A stretch of 64,000 nt of DNA, taken from assembly GCA_006226545.1 (NCBI GenBank), contig SBGR01000026.1, positions 201-64,200 on the forward strand, in the 5' to 3' direction. Shown here in pieces: positions 51,354 to 60,267 of the stretch. Below the pieces are notes generated by a model. It did no database searches, was not told where the DNA came from, and was given only the letters and a program-made list of their open reading frames with translations. Made by a program: the position numbers and the translations under genes. The DNA comes from Bacteroidota bacterium (GTDB taxonomy: Bacteria > Bacteroidota > Bacteroidia > UBA8524). Every line of letters begins with the position of its first letter. Position 1 is the stretch's first letter.

Positions 51354-51437
51354 TACTTCAAAGTAACGAAAAAGTATGCCATTTATTGCAATGCTTTGAC
51401 AACAAAGCGTTAAAAAAGTTTTTACACAGAAGTTAAA

Positions 51438-51461
51438 TCCCGATATGAGCCCAAATCGGGA
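51438..51461. repeat. TCCCGAT/ATCGGGA hairpin downstream of asnS
   Basis: 7-bp inverted repeat with arms similar to the hairpin after rho. Confidence 0.4.
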
Positions 51462-51491
51462 GAACCTCTTCCCATATTGGAACCTTTGGTT

Positions 51492-53006
51492 TTATGGGAA
51501 TAATCTGCCGTACATTCTTGGGAACGGAATGGTTTCCCTTACGTGTGGCAGTTTACATACCCAAGCAACCAATCGCTCCAGCCCTAATCCAAATCCGCTA
51601 TGCGGAACAGATCCAAAACGACGTAAATCGAGGTACCACTCAAACTCCTGCATTGGCAATTCGTGTTCGATGATTTTGGCTTTCACCTTCTCTTCATCAG
51701 TTTCTCTTTCGCCACCGCCTACAATCTCACCGTAACCTTCTGGAGCCAAAACGTCTACACCGCGCGCAAAGGCTTCGTTCTCCGGATCACGTTTCAAATA
51801 AAATGCTTTAACAGCATGTGGCCAGTTGTAAACCATAATAGGCACTTCAAACAAACGGGTGATTACCGTCTCATCTGATCCGCCAAAGTCGTTACCGTAT
51901 TCAAAGTTTCTTGCCGACTCCAGCCATTGCGGAATATTACGCTCGTCTTCTTGAAGATCGCGCAACTCACTTTTAAGGTTGTCGATCTTGGTTTGGTTGA
52001 ACGCAATCTCCCCCTTCTTCATGCCCGGGGTCTTAATCTTTTCTTCTCTTTCAGCAATCTCCTGCTCCACTTCGGCAATTCTGCTTTTCACTTTCGCTAA
52101 ATCCTCTTCCAAGGTGCGGATGGAGTTTTTGCCGTTTACATCTTGCTCACCTTTGATGATACGCACGGCCTCATCGTAAGTTAGGCGAGGGAAAGGCTGG
52201 CTGATTTTTTTCAGAATCTCAGTATCGCGGCCAATCATTTCCAATTCTTTCGGACAGTTTGCAACTACCGCAGAAACTACCTCTTGCAAGAAGTCTTCAA
52301 TCAAATCCATGTTCTGGAAGATATCATGAAATGCCATCTCAGGCTCAATCATCCAAAACTCAGAAAGGTGGCGACGCGTTTTTGATTTTTCAGCCCTAAA
52401 GGTTGGACCAAACGTATAAATGCGTCCCATTGCCATGGCCATAGCCTCGCCGTAAAGCTGTCCGGATTGTGATAAATAAGCCGGTGCTCCGTAGAAGTCT
52501 GTCTCAAACAAGTTGGTAGTTCCTTCGCAGGCATTACCCGTGAACAAAGGAGCATCCATCTGCACAAAACCGCGCTTTTGGAAAAACTGGTGAATCGCAA
52601 AACTGATGGTATTACGGATGCGCATGATAGCCCATTGGCGACTGCTTCTCAACCATAAGTGACGGTGATCCATTAAAAAATCTACGCCGTGCTCTTTTTT
52701 AGAGATCGGGTAGTTTTCTGTATTCTGGTATACACTTAATTCGGTAACATGCAATTCAAAGCCACCCACTTGGCGCTCGTCTTTCACTACCTTACCCAAT
52801 AACCTCACTGAGCTTTCCAGTCCCAGCGATTTCGCTTCTTCAAAAGAAGCTTCTCCTACACTATTGATATCGGCAATACATTGAGCCATTCCGGTACCAT
52901 CGCGTAGTACGATAAATACCAGTCCTTTGCTGTCGCGCTTGTTGGCTACCCAACCTTGCAATTCAACATCTTGTCCTTCGTATTTCGACAAATCTTCTAT
53001 ATACAT
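51492..53006 (-). CDS. asnS: Asparagine--tRNA ligase with internal coiled-coil insertion
   Basis: OB-fold GWV..LRDGTG, YLSQSGQLY, FRAEKSKTRRHLSEFWMIEPE, PHSGFGLGLER. Confidence 0.95.
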   Translation of the reverse strand: MYIEDLSKYEGQDVELQGWVANKRDSKGLVFIVLRDGTGMAQCIADINSVGEASFEEAKSLGLESSVRLLGKVVKDERQVGGFELHVTELSVYQNTENYPISKKEHGVDFLMDHRHLWLRSSRQWAIMRIRNTISFAIHQFFQKRGFVQMDAPLFTGNACEGTTNLFETDFYGAPAYLSQSGQLYGEAMAMAMGRIYTFGPTFRAEKSKTRRHLSEFWMIEPEMAFHDIFQNMDLIEDFLQEVVSAVVANCPKELEMIGRDTEILKKISQPFPRLTYDEAVRIIKGEQDVNGKNSIRTLEEDLAKVKSRIAEVEQEIAEREEKIKTPGMKKGEIAFNQTKIDNLKSELRDLQEDERNIPQWLESARNFEYGNDFGGSDETVITRLFEVPIMVYNWPHAVKAFYLKRDPENEAFARGVDVLAPEGYGEIVGGGERETDEEKVKAKIIEHELPMQEFEWYLDLRRFGSVPHSGFGLGLERLVAWVCKLPHVRETIPFPRMYGRLFP

Positions 53007-53037
53007 CGTCTTATTTCCTCTTCGGCTTAATTCTTGG

Positions 53038-53057
53038 CAAAAATAGATTTATTTTTG
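53038..53057. promoter_or_regulatory. Back-to-back -7 boxes for divergent asnS and rpoN
   Basis: CAAAAATA-gatt-TATTTTTG, i.e. TATTTTTG on each strand. Confidence 0.6.
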
Positions 53058-53079
53058 AAGCAATTAAGCGCCATTTGGC

Positions 53080-54546
53080 ATGTTAAAACAGAATCTCAGT
53101 CAGAAATTACTACAAAAATTATCTCCTCAACAGATTCAGTTCATCAAGCTCTTGCAGCTGAATACGCAAGACTTAGAACAGAGAGTTGAACAGGAGTTAA
53201 TAGACAATCCTGCTTTGGAAAGCGGTAAGGACTCCGATGAACCGGAATTCACTGCAGAAGAGGTTGATACCAAAGACGACAGCGATAACGACGACGACAT
53301 CTACGATAACGATGATGTTTTCGATATCTCAGAATACACCGAAGGCTCTGATGATCGAGACGGATTTCATTTGTATGAAGACGGTGGCGGCGACGAGGAT
53401 AAAAAGGAAATGCCTATCGCTACTTCCAGCTCATTCTACGAAAACCTCTTGGATCAGATTGGCGCCATTGTTAATACCGAACACGAACAAATTCTGGCCG
53501 AACAGCTGGTAGGAAGTCTGGATGAAGACGGCTACCTACGCAGACCATTGGCCGCGATAGTTAACGATTTGGCCTTCTCACAAAATGTGATGAGCACCAA
53601 GGAGGAATTGGAGAAAATACTAGAGAAAGTTCAGGCACTTGACCCTCCGGGCATCGGTGCTCGCGACCTCCAAGAGTGTTTGGTGCTTCAATTAAAAAGA
53701 AAAGACCGTGAACTTCATCCGGAAGTAGATTTAGCGATGCGCTTGATCCGCGATTACATGGAAGACTTTACAAAGAAGCATTACGAAAAACTGATGCGCT
53801 CTTTGAAAGTGGATGAAGATGAACTTCGCGATGCCATACAATTAATCACCAAACTGAACCCTAAACCGGGAGGATCTTCCGGTGAAGTAAAAGGGCAATA
53901 CATCGTTCCGGACTTTATTTTAGTAGACAACGACGGTCGGTTTGGGATTCAGTTGAATTCGCGAAATGCACCTGAATTGAAGATTTCTCGCTCCTATATG
54001 GAAACCATGAAAGCCTATGAGCAGAGCGGAAACCCAGATAAAAAACTGAAAGACACGGTACAGTTTATCAAACAAAAACTGGATGGAGCAAAATGGTTTA
54101 TCGATTCCATTAAGCAACGTCAGAATACCTTGCTCACTACCATGAATGCCATTCTTCAATACCAATATGACTTTTTTGAAGAAGGCGACGAAACCAAACT
54201 TCGTCCGATGATTTTGAAAGACATCGCTGACCAAGTAGGCCTTGACGTTTCAACCATCTCCAGGGTGGCCAACTCCAAATACGTTCAAACCGATTTCGGT
54301 ATTATTCCATTGAAGTTCTTTTTCTCAGAAGGCATCACAACAGCTGACGGCGAAGAAGTTTCCAATAAGGAAGTGAAGAAGATTTTGAAAGACGCCATTG
54401 AGGCAGAAGACAAATCGAAGCCATTGCCGGATGAGAAGTTGATGGAGATTTTGAAGGAGAAGGGGTACAATATCGCTCGAAGAACCGTAGCTAAATACCG
54501 CGAGCAATTGAATATTCCGGTAGCCAGGTTGCGTAAACAATTATAG
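53080..54546 (+). CDS. rpoN: RNA polymerase sigma-54 factor
   Basis: Gln/Leu-rich region I, STISRVANSKY HTH, RpoN box ARRTVAKYRE. Confidence 0.98.
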   Translation: MLKQNLSQKLLQKLSPQQIQFIKLLQLNTQDLEQRVEQELIDNPALESGKDSDEPEFTAEEVDTKDDSDNDDDIYDNDDVFDISEYTEGSDDRDGFHLYEDGGGDEDKKEMPIATSSSFYENLLDQIGAIVNTEHEQILAEQLVGSLDEDGYLRRPLAAIVNDLAFSQNVMSTKEELEKILEKVQALDPPGIGARDLQECLVLQLKRKDRELHPEVDLAMRLIRDYMEDFTKKHYEKLMRSLKVDEDELRDAIQLITKLNPKPGGSSGEVKGQYIVPDFILVDNDGRFGIQLNSRNAPELKISRSYMETMKAYEQSGNPDKKLKDTVQFIKQKLDGAKWFIDSIKQRQNTLLTTMNAILQYQYDFFEEGDETKLRPMILKDIADQVGLDVSTISRVANSKYVQTDFGIIPLKFFFSEGITTADGEEVSNKEVKKILKDAIEAEDKSKPLPDEKLMEILKEKGYNIARRTVAKYREQLNIPVARLRKQL

Positions 54547-54547
54547 G

Positions 54548-55162
54548 ATGAGAGCTTTATCACTCTTCCTTTCATTTTTATTCCACCCTTTGCTACTCGT
54601 GAGTTTTGGTGCTTTGTTCATCTTTCTCACACACCCGGTTTACCAGCTGGCTTTGAACACGGTACAGTTGATTTACTATACCAGCATCATCTTCATTGGT
54701 ACATTTATACTGCCCAGCTCAGCCATTTACTTCTCCCGTGTTAGAGGAAGAATTGAAAACCTCTACATGGATAAGCCGGAAGACCGCCGCATCCCCTTGT
54801 TGATTGCCGCCATCTTCGTGCTGATTGTTTTTTACCTTTTCAACTATAAAATTGGCGACCGCCTGCCTTTCCTAATCAAAGGCTATCTGTTAGGAACAAC
54901 CACCAGCATTGTGATAGCTGCTCTGATTAACCAATGGTATAAAATCAGCCTTCACGGAATTGGACTCGGTGGCATTATGGCTTTACTAATAGCCTCCTCT
55001 CCTGTGGTAGAAAGCGATATCCGTTACTGGGTATTAGCTTGGGTTTTAATTAGCGGATTGGTTGGTACAGCCAGAGTTTTCTTGGGATCGCATAAACCAA
55101 TTCAAGTCTATTTAGGATATTTGACCGGATTTTTAGCGATCTACATAATCTTACAAGCATGA
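54548..55162 (+). CDS. PAP2-like membrane protein
   Basis: Multi-TM; KISLH and AR..LGSH...QVY.G motifs. Confidence 0.65.
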   Translation: MRALSLFLSFLFHPLLLVSFGALFIFLTHPVYQLALNTVQLIYYTSIIFIGTFILPSSAIYFSRVRGRIENLYMDKPEDRRIPLLIAAIFVLIVFYLFNYKIGDRLPFLIKGYLLGTTTSIVIAALINQWYKISLHGIGLGGIMALLIASSPVVESDIRYWVLAWVLISGLVGTARVFLGSHKPIQVYLGYLTGFLAIYIILQA

Positions 55163-55941
55163 GTTTCGAATGTATTCTATACACGGTGGAAGCAGGTGTG
55201 GCCACCATTACCCTTAACAGACCTGACGTTTTCAACGCCTTTAACGACCAACAAAGCTACGAGCTGCAAGACGCGCTGAAACAAGCAAAACGCGATGCAG
55301 AAGTGCGTGTGGTAGTGTTAACCGGTGCCGGAAAAGCATTTTGCTCAGGACAGGATTTGAAAGCCATCGCTCAATCTGAAAACCGTTCACTTAGCGAATC
55401 ACTATACAAACGTTACAATCCCATCATCAAAGCGATGCGCGAATTGCCTAAGCCAATTGTTTGCCGCCTTAATGGTGTAGCTGCCGGTGCGGGTTGTTCC
55501 TTGGCGCTTGCCTCTGATATGATCATCGCGGCAGAAAATGCTTCCTTGATTGAAGTTTTTGTAAACGTAGGATTGGTATTGGACTCTGGCTCTTCTTACT
55601 TCTTACCTCGTTTGGTAGGATCAGCACGTGCTTTCGAACTCTCTACCATGGGGTCTAAAGTAAGCGCTCAGAAAGCACTGGAATGGGGCATGGTAAACCG
55701 TGTTGTTCCTGCAGAAGAATTAGATGCCGGAGTGGAGGAAGTAGTAGCCTACTACCGTCAGGCACCTACCAAAGCCATCGCTTTAATGAAAACCATGTTG
55801 AACAAGTCTTTCCATTCTGATTTGGACACCATGTTGGAATACGAGGCCTACTGCCAAGAAATTGCCGGAAGAAGCGAAGATTACAAAGAAGGGGTGAAAG
55901 CGTTCAACGAGAAACGTAAACCTGAGTTCAAAGGACGTTAA
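55159..55941 (+). CDS. paaG: Enoyl-CoA hydratase/isomerase, PaaG-like
   Basis: FCSGQDL, GVAAGAG, GLVLDSG (Asp at the PaaG catalytic position), DYKEGV.AF. Confidence 0.8.
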   Translation: MSFECILYTVEAGVATITLNRPDVFNAFNDQQSYELQDALKQAKRDAEVRVVVLTGAGKAFCSGQDLKAIAQSENRSLSESLYKRYNPIIKAMRELPKPIVCRLNGVAAGAGCSLALASDMIIAAENASLIEVFVNVGLVLDSGSSYFLPRLVGSARAFELSTMGSKVSAQKALEWGMVNRVVPAEELDAGVEEVVAYYRQAPTKAIALMKTMLNKSFHSDLDTMLEYEAYCQEIAGRSEDYKEGVKAFNEKRKPEFKGR

Positions 55942-56087
55942 TCCTGTTTTTCTTCATCGTTTAGGATACGCATAGCAGGAGTGCTGGTGTCTTCCATTTG
56001 CCCGGATTTAACTGACCAGATAAAGGCAAATAGAAATCCGCTGGCCAATACCAGACTGCACGCTATCAACAAGATTATTATACTCAT
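55938..56087 (-). CDS. ccoS: cbb3-type cytochrome oxidase assembly protein CcoS (49 aa)
   Basis: Not in ORF track. Translates MSIIILLIACSLVLASGFLFAFIWSVKSGQMEDTSTPAMRILNDEEKQD*; W.VKSGQ.ED...PA.RIL.D motif; ATGA overlap with ccoI. Confidence 0.9.
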   Translation of the reverse strand: MSIIILLIACSLVLASGFLFAFIWSVKSGQMEDTSTPAMRILNDEEKQD

Positions 56088-58465
56088 TGTATACCTCCTT
56101 TACGGGCAAAATAACGAATGCCCAATGTATTAATGGTGAAAACCGTAATGGAACTTATTGGCATCAGTAAGGCAGCCACCAATGGCTGAAGCTCACCGCG
56201 CATGGCAAAATACATCCAAATGCTATTGTAAACTAAAGAGAAGATAAAACTACCCTTCACCACCTTTAGTGTGTTTTTGCAAAACTGGAGAAACTTAGGT
56301 AAGTCGTTGATGGATTTACCCACCATAATTACCTCAGACGCCGGCGTAAATTGGTTGATGTCTTCTGTGATGGCAACGCCCACATCGGCCGATTGCAATG
56401 CCCCTGCATCGTTGAGCCCGTCTCCTAACATCATCACGTGTGCTCCTTTCGATTGCAATGTTGTAATTGCTTCCCGTTTGTCCATTGGTGAACAGGCAAA
56501 CTGCATGTTTTCTTCCCTGAACCAGCGGCGTAAAATAGGCACCTCACCCGCTTGATCCCCGGAGAATAAGTACTTCGGATAATCAGACAATTGGAGATTA
56601 AGAACGGCATCTAGGCCAGCGCGGTAACGCGGACGAAGCTTCAGCTGCATCATCACTTGTTCATCGCATTTCACAAATACGCCCGACTTATCATCGCTAT
56701 CAATACCCAGCCAATCTGCTGAGCCAACGCGAATATGCTGATCGTCTACCCAAGCTTCAACGCCTTTGCCCGGCACTTCTAAAACATGCTCCAGGTTCTG
56801 CGTTGGAAATACACTCAAGTGTGCATAAAGTGCTCTCGATAATGGATGTGAAGAAACCGCCACCACCGAGCGAATCAAGGCGTACTGTTCGGCACTTACA
56901 TCGCTAAACTCACGTACATCGCTAACCAAGCTGCCCTCACTTAAAGTGCCTGTTTTATCAAAGGCCAAAGTGTCTACTTGCGCGACCTTTTCTACCACGT
57001 CCATGTTTTTAAGGTAAATGCCTTTTTTACCGAGCCAACGCATGGCATTGCCAAAAGCAAACGGCGCTGCTATAACCAACACACATGGACAGGCCACAAT
57101 TAATACTGCCGTGAAAGCTAAAAATGCCTTTTCTGAATTGATTGGAAGCCAATACACCAAGGTAATCAAGGCCAATGCAATCAATACCAAGGTAAACCAC
57201 TTCCCTACCTGATCGGAGAAAACTTTCATGCCCGATTTCTTCTCGGTATCGCCGTGTTGATTCCACAAGGAAGTCAGGTAACTCTGTGAAACCGGCTTGA
57301 GTACTTCCAAATGGAGGATTCCGGCAGTTTGTCGGCCGCCGGCATAAACCGTTTCACCCTTGCCAACCTTTTCAGCTAAAGACTCACCCGTAACAAAGCT
57401 GTAATCTATTCGGGCATCTCCATCTATTAGTCGGGAGTCGGCCGGAATCAATTCATTGCTCTTAACTCTTATATGTTCTCCAACGGCAAGTTTATCGAGC
57501 GATGAAAAACGCCAAACCCCTTGCTTCAAAACTTCAACGGCCACAGGGAAATAGCTGGCATAATCGCGTTCAAAAGAGAGAGCCTCATAGGCTTTGTCTT
57601 GCATCCAGCGACCTACCAAAAGGAAAAATACAAGTGCGCTAAGCGAATCAAAAAAGCCCGGTCCGCTTTGGCTTACTACCTCATAAGCGCTCCTAGAAAA
57701 CAAGGTTAGTATGCCAATGGCCAATGGCAAATCGATATTAAAGGTCTTAGACCTGAGTCCTTTGTAAGCCCCACTCAAAAACGGAAAAGCGCTGAATGAA
57801 ACTACCGGAATGGCTAAGGCTAAATTTAAAAACTGGAAGAGCCTAGCGAAGGTTTGCTGACTGGTTGCATCCATGCCCAGGTATTCCGGAAAAGAGAAGA
57901 GCATGATATTGCCCATGCAAAAACCGGCTACACCCAATCGGTAAAGAAGTCCTTTATTCGATTTTTGTCCGCGTTTCGACTCGTCTCTCGATTGCAATGC
58001 AGGCTCATAACCCAATGCGCTAAGCTTCTCCACCAAGGTTCGGAAGGAAAGTTCGCGAGGATCATAGGCTACATGCAGTTCTTTGCGGTCAAAGTTGACG
58101 CGACTGTGCTGAATGCCCGGTAGGATTTTATACAATTTCTCCAACAGCCATACACAGGAGCTGCAGTGCATGTCTGGGATAAAAAAGACCACTTGGGCCT
58201 TTTCGCTACTTTTAAACTGAAGGAAAGCATCGGCAATTTCTGCGTCGTCTAAGTATTCGTAGAGCTTGGAAGCAACCGGCTTTCTGTTTAAGCGAGCAGC
58301 ATCTTCGTCAATTGAATAGTAATTGCAGAGGTCGTTTTCTTTGAGTAGGCTATACACCGTTTTACAACCTTCACAGCAAAACACGTGTTCATCCCAGAGA
58401 ATGGCTTCGTGTTTACATTCATCGCCACAATGGTAACACAGCTCTTTAACCTCGCTAGTTTTCAT
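56084..58465 (-). CDS. ccoI: Heavy-metal P1B-type ATPase, CcoI/FixI-like
   Basis: CYHCG...CCEGC, MHCSSC, TGES, CPC, DKTGT, GDGLND; followed by ccoS. Confidence 0.9.
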   Translation of the reverse strand: MKTSEVKELCYHCGDECKHEAILWDEHVFCCEGCKTVYSLLKENDLCNYYSIDEDAARLNRKPVASKLYEYLDDAEIADAFLQFKSSEKAQVVFFIPDMHCSSCVWLLEKLYKILPGIQHSRVNFDRKELHVAYDPRELSFRTLVEKLSALGYEPALQSRDESKRGQKSNKGLLYRLGVAGFCMGNIMLFSFPEYLGMDATSQQTFARLFQFLNLALAIPVVSFSAFPFLSGAYKGLRSKTFNIDLPLAIGILTLFSRSAYEVVSQSGPGFFDSLSALVFFLLVGRWMQDKAYEALSFERDYASYFPVAVEVLKQGVWRFSSLDKLAVGEHIRVKSNELIPADSRLIDGDARIDYSFVTGESLAEKVGKGETVYAGGRQTAGILHLEVLKPVSQSYLTSLWNQHGDTEKKSGMKVFSDQVGKWFTLVLIALALITLVYWLPINSEKAFLAFTAVLIVACPCVLVIAAPFAFGNAMRWLGKKGIYLKNMDVVEKVAQVDTLAFDKTGTLSEGSLVSDVREFSDVSAEQYALIRSVVAVSSHPLSRALYAHLSVFPTQNLEHVLEVPGKGVEAWVDDQHIRVGSADWLGIDSDDKSGVFVKCDEQVMMQLKLRPRYRAGLDAVLNLQLSDYPKYLFSGDQAGEVPILRRWFREENMQFACSPMDKREAITTLQSKGAHVMMLGDGLNDAGALQSADVGVAITEDINQFTPASEVIMVGKSINDLPKFLQFCKNTLKVVKGSFIFSLVYNSIWMYFAMRGELQPLVAALLMPISSITVFTINTLGIRYFARKGGIQ

Positions 58466-59211
58466 AACAGAAATAATGAAATCGCCTGTTTTTGTTGTTC
58501 AGAGAAAAGGAGGAATTTCTCCAGATTTTTAATCCTATCGCCCCCACAAACCAGCAATGCCGATTCGCTTTTACTCAACATCTGCTCAATTCCATCGTCG
58601 TAGTCTTCGCTAAAAAAACGTGAAATAGCGAAGTTCTTTTTACGCGCATGGAGGTAATCGTATACGCAGTTTTCACTGTCGAGGCTGTTTTCGTTCACGC
58701 GCAAAACCAAGTGTAAATTGGATTCCTCGTAGCGCTCTTGAAATAGGTAGGTGAAGTATTTGATGCTTTGAAACGATATCTCTTCGCCGTTATACGACAG
58801 AAACAATTCTTTGAATTCCTCCTGTTTTTCATCGAAGAGTAAAACCGGACAACGCACTTCTTCTAAAACCGTTTTGATGAACGGATTCGCTAAGGCCTCT
58901 TTTAATGCATGCCGAGGCAAAAAGATGAAATCCAAAAACGAGGTTTCCTTCAAAAGCACCTGAGCACTCTTTTTTCGCAGGTGATTTGCTCTTTGTAAAA
59001 TCTGAGGCAGATTCGGGCTGTTTAAGGCCGTCCATGAAAGTGCATAGATTTTAAAAGGCAGGTACATGCTGAGCGAGTCCATTTGCTGCCACGACTCTTC
59101 TCCGATACCCAAAAGCAGTTTATCTCCTTGATCAACAAACTCGCGTAGATGAGAGATTTGCTCATGAGCCAATTCGGCGGAGGGCGATATGAGTAAGATT
59201 TTATTATTCAC
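58462..59211 (-). CDS. Degenerate universal-stress-protein-like protein
   Basis: VLEEVRCPVLL and LFLSYNG..S...IKYF segments resemble tandem USP proteins; GTG start. Confidence 0.55.
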   Translation of the reverse strand: MNNKILLISPSAELAHEQISHLREFVDQGDKLLLGIGEESWQQMDSLSMYLPFKIYALSWTALNSPNLPQILQRANHLRKKSAQVLLKETSFLDFIFLPRHALKEALANPFIKTVLEEVRCPVLLFDEKQEEFKELFLSYNGEEISFQSIKYFTYLFQERYEESNLHLVLRVNENSLDSENCVYDYLHARKKNFAISRFFSEDYDDGIEQMLSKSESALLVCGGDRIKNLEKFLLFSEQQKQAISLFLL

Positions 59212-59227
59212 CTGAATAACTATGCTT

Positions 59228-59235
59228 CAAAAGTA
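59228..59235 (-). promoter_or_regulatory. Bacteroidota -7 promoter box (TACTTTTG) for usp-ccoI-ccoS
   Basis: Exact TAnnTTTG match. Confidence 0.6.
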
Positions 59236-59258
59236 GCAGGGAGTAAACTCAGGGCGTA

Positions 59259-59294
59259 TGATGGCTGTCAGGGTAAAACATGATTTAAATCATG
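59259..59294. promoter_or_regulatory. Two Crp/Fnr-type TGA-N6-TCA sites
   Basis: TGAtggctgTCA (59259-59270) and perfect palindrome CATGATTTAAATCATG (59279-59294). Confidence 0.65.
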
Positions 59295-59298
59295 GTCT

Positions 59299-60006
59299 CT
59301 ACCCCATATTGGAAATCTTGCGGAGTTTGCCGGTATCCAGCAGTTTGATGCGTTTTCCCTTCAGCTCAATGAGGTGATCTTTATTGAATTCAGAGAGCAA
59401 TCGGATAACAGTTTCAGTAGCTGTTCCAACAATATTAGCGATGTCTTCACGCGGCAATACAATCTGAATCATAGACTCGTCTAAATTCGATTCAGTTTGA
59501 AAGTTATCATGCAATACCAGCAGTGTTTCGGCCAGTCTTTCCCTAACTGATTTATGTGCTAAGCTGGTAATCTTTTCATCGGCTATGCCCAATTCATGAC
59601 ACAGCGATTTCATCATTTCTTTGTTAATGATGGGATTTTCAGAAAGCACTTCCAAGAAAGGGTCTTTCGGAATAAAGCAAGCCACGCAATCTTCTACACA
59701 CTCGGCTGAGGCCACATAAGGCTCATCTGCAATCAGCGCTCGGTAACCTAAAAATTCACCCGATTTAGCGAAGCGGATGATTTGCTCTCGCCCATCGTAG
59801 CTGCTCTTTACAAGCTTCACTACTCCGTGGCTAATGCAATGTACGCCTAGGGCTAGGTTGTCTTCGTAGAAAATGATTTGTCCTTTTTTAAAGTGAACAC
59901 AAGACTTCACCTTGTTGATTCTCTCCACCTGATCCGGTGTACAATCCTTGAGGAAGGTGATACTCCTGGCGTCACAGCTAGCGCAGTCTATGTGTACTTT
60001 TTGCAT
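59299..60006 (-). CDS. Crp/Fnr-family regulator with N-terminal Cys cluster
   Basis: CASC...C N-terminus, GEFLGYR, VRERLA, HTH REDIANIVGTATETVIR. Confidence 0.93.
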   Translation of the reverse strand: MQKVHIDCASCDARSITFLKDCTPDQVERINKVKSCVHFKKGQIIFYEDNLALGVHCISHGVVKLVKSSYDGREQIIRFAKSGEFLGYRALIADEPYVASAECVEDCVACFIPKDPFLEVLSENPIINKEMMKSLCHELGIADEKITSLAHKSVRERLAETLLVLHDNFQTESNLDESMIQIVLPREDIANIVGTATETVIRLLSEFNKDHLIELKGKRIKLLDTGKLRKISNMG

Positions 60007-60019
60007 GGATTAAAAATAA

Positions 60020-60031
60020 TGACAAAGGTCA
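60020..60031. promoter_or_regulatory. TGA-N6-TCA site upstream of the Fnr-type gene (possible autoregulation)
   Basis: TGAcaaaggTCA 13 nt from the start codon. Confidence 0.45.
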
Positions 60032-60267
60032 ATAAAATCAATCAATTCTTAGGATTTACCGGGAAGCAAATAAGATTTTTCTTAAAATAACTCAAAACAA
60101 CGGCTTCAAACTACAGAAGTGCTTGCCAATGTTGATTTTATACTCTAAAATTGCATCGGTTTCCTCATTCGGTCACGCACTTTTATCAAGGAGCAACGAA
60201 TTATCCCGAGACCGGCTTTCAAGATTTTAATCCAAAAAAGCATATTTAAGACTTTAATCCCGTATAG

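Noticed and set aside
51332..51436. 34-aa plus-strand ORF (MNQKLLILL...)
   Set aside because: No promoter or family support, and the adjacent terminator faces the minus strand; the sRNA reading fits better, though a peptide is not excluded.
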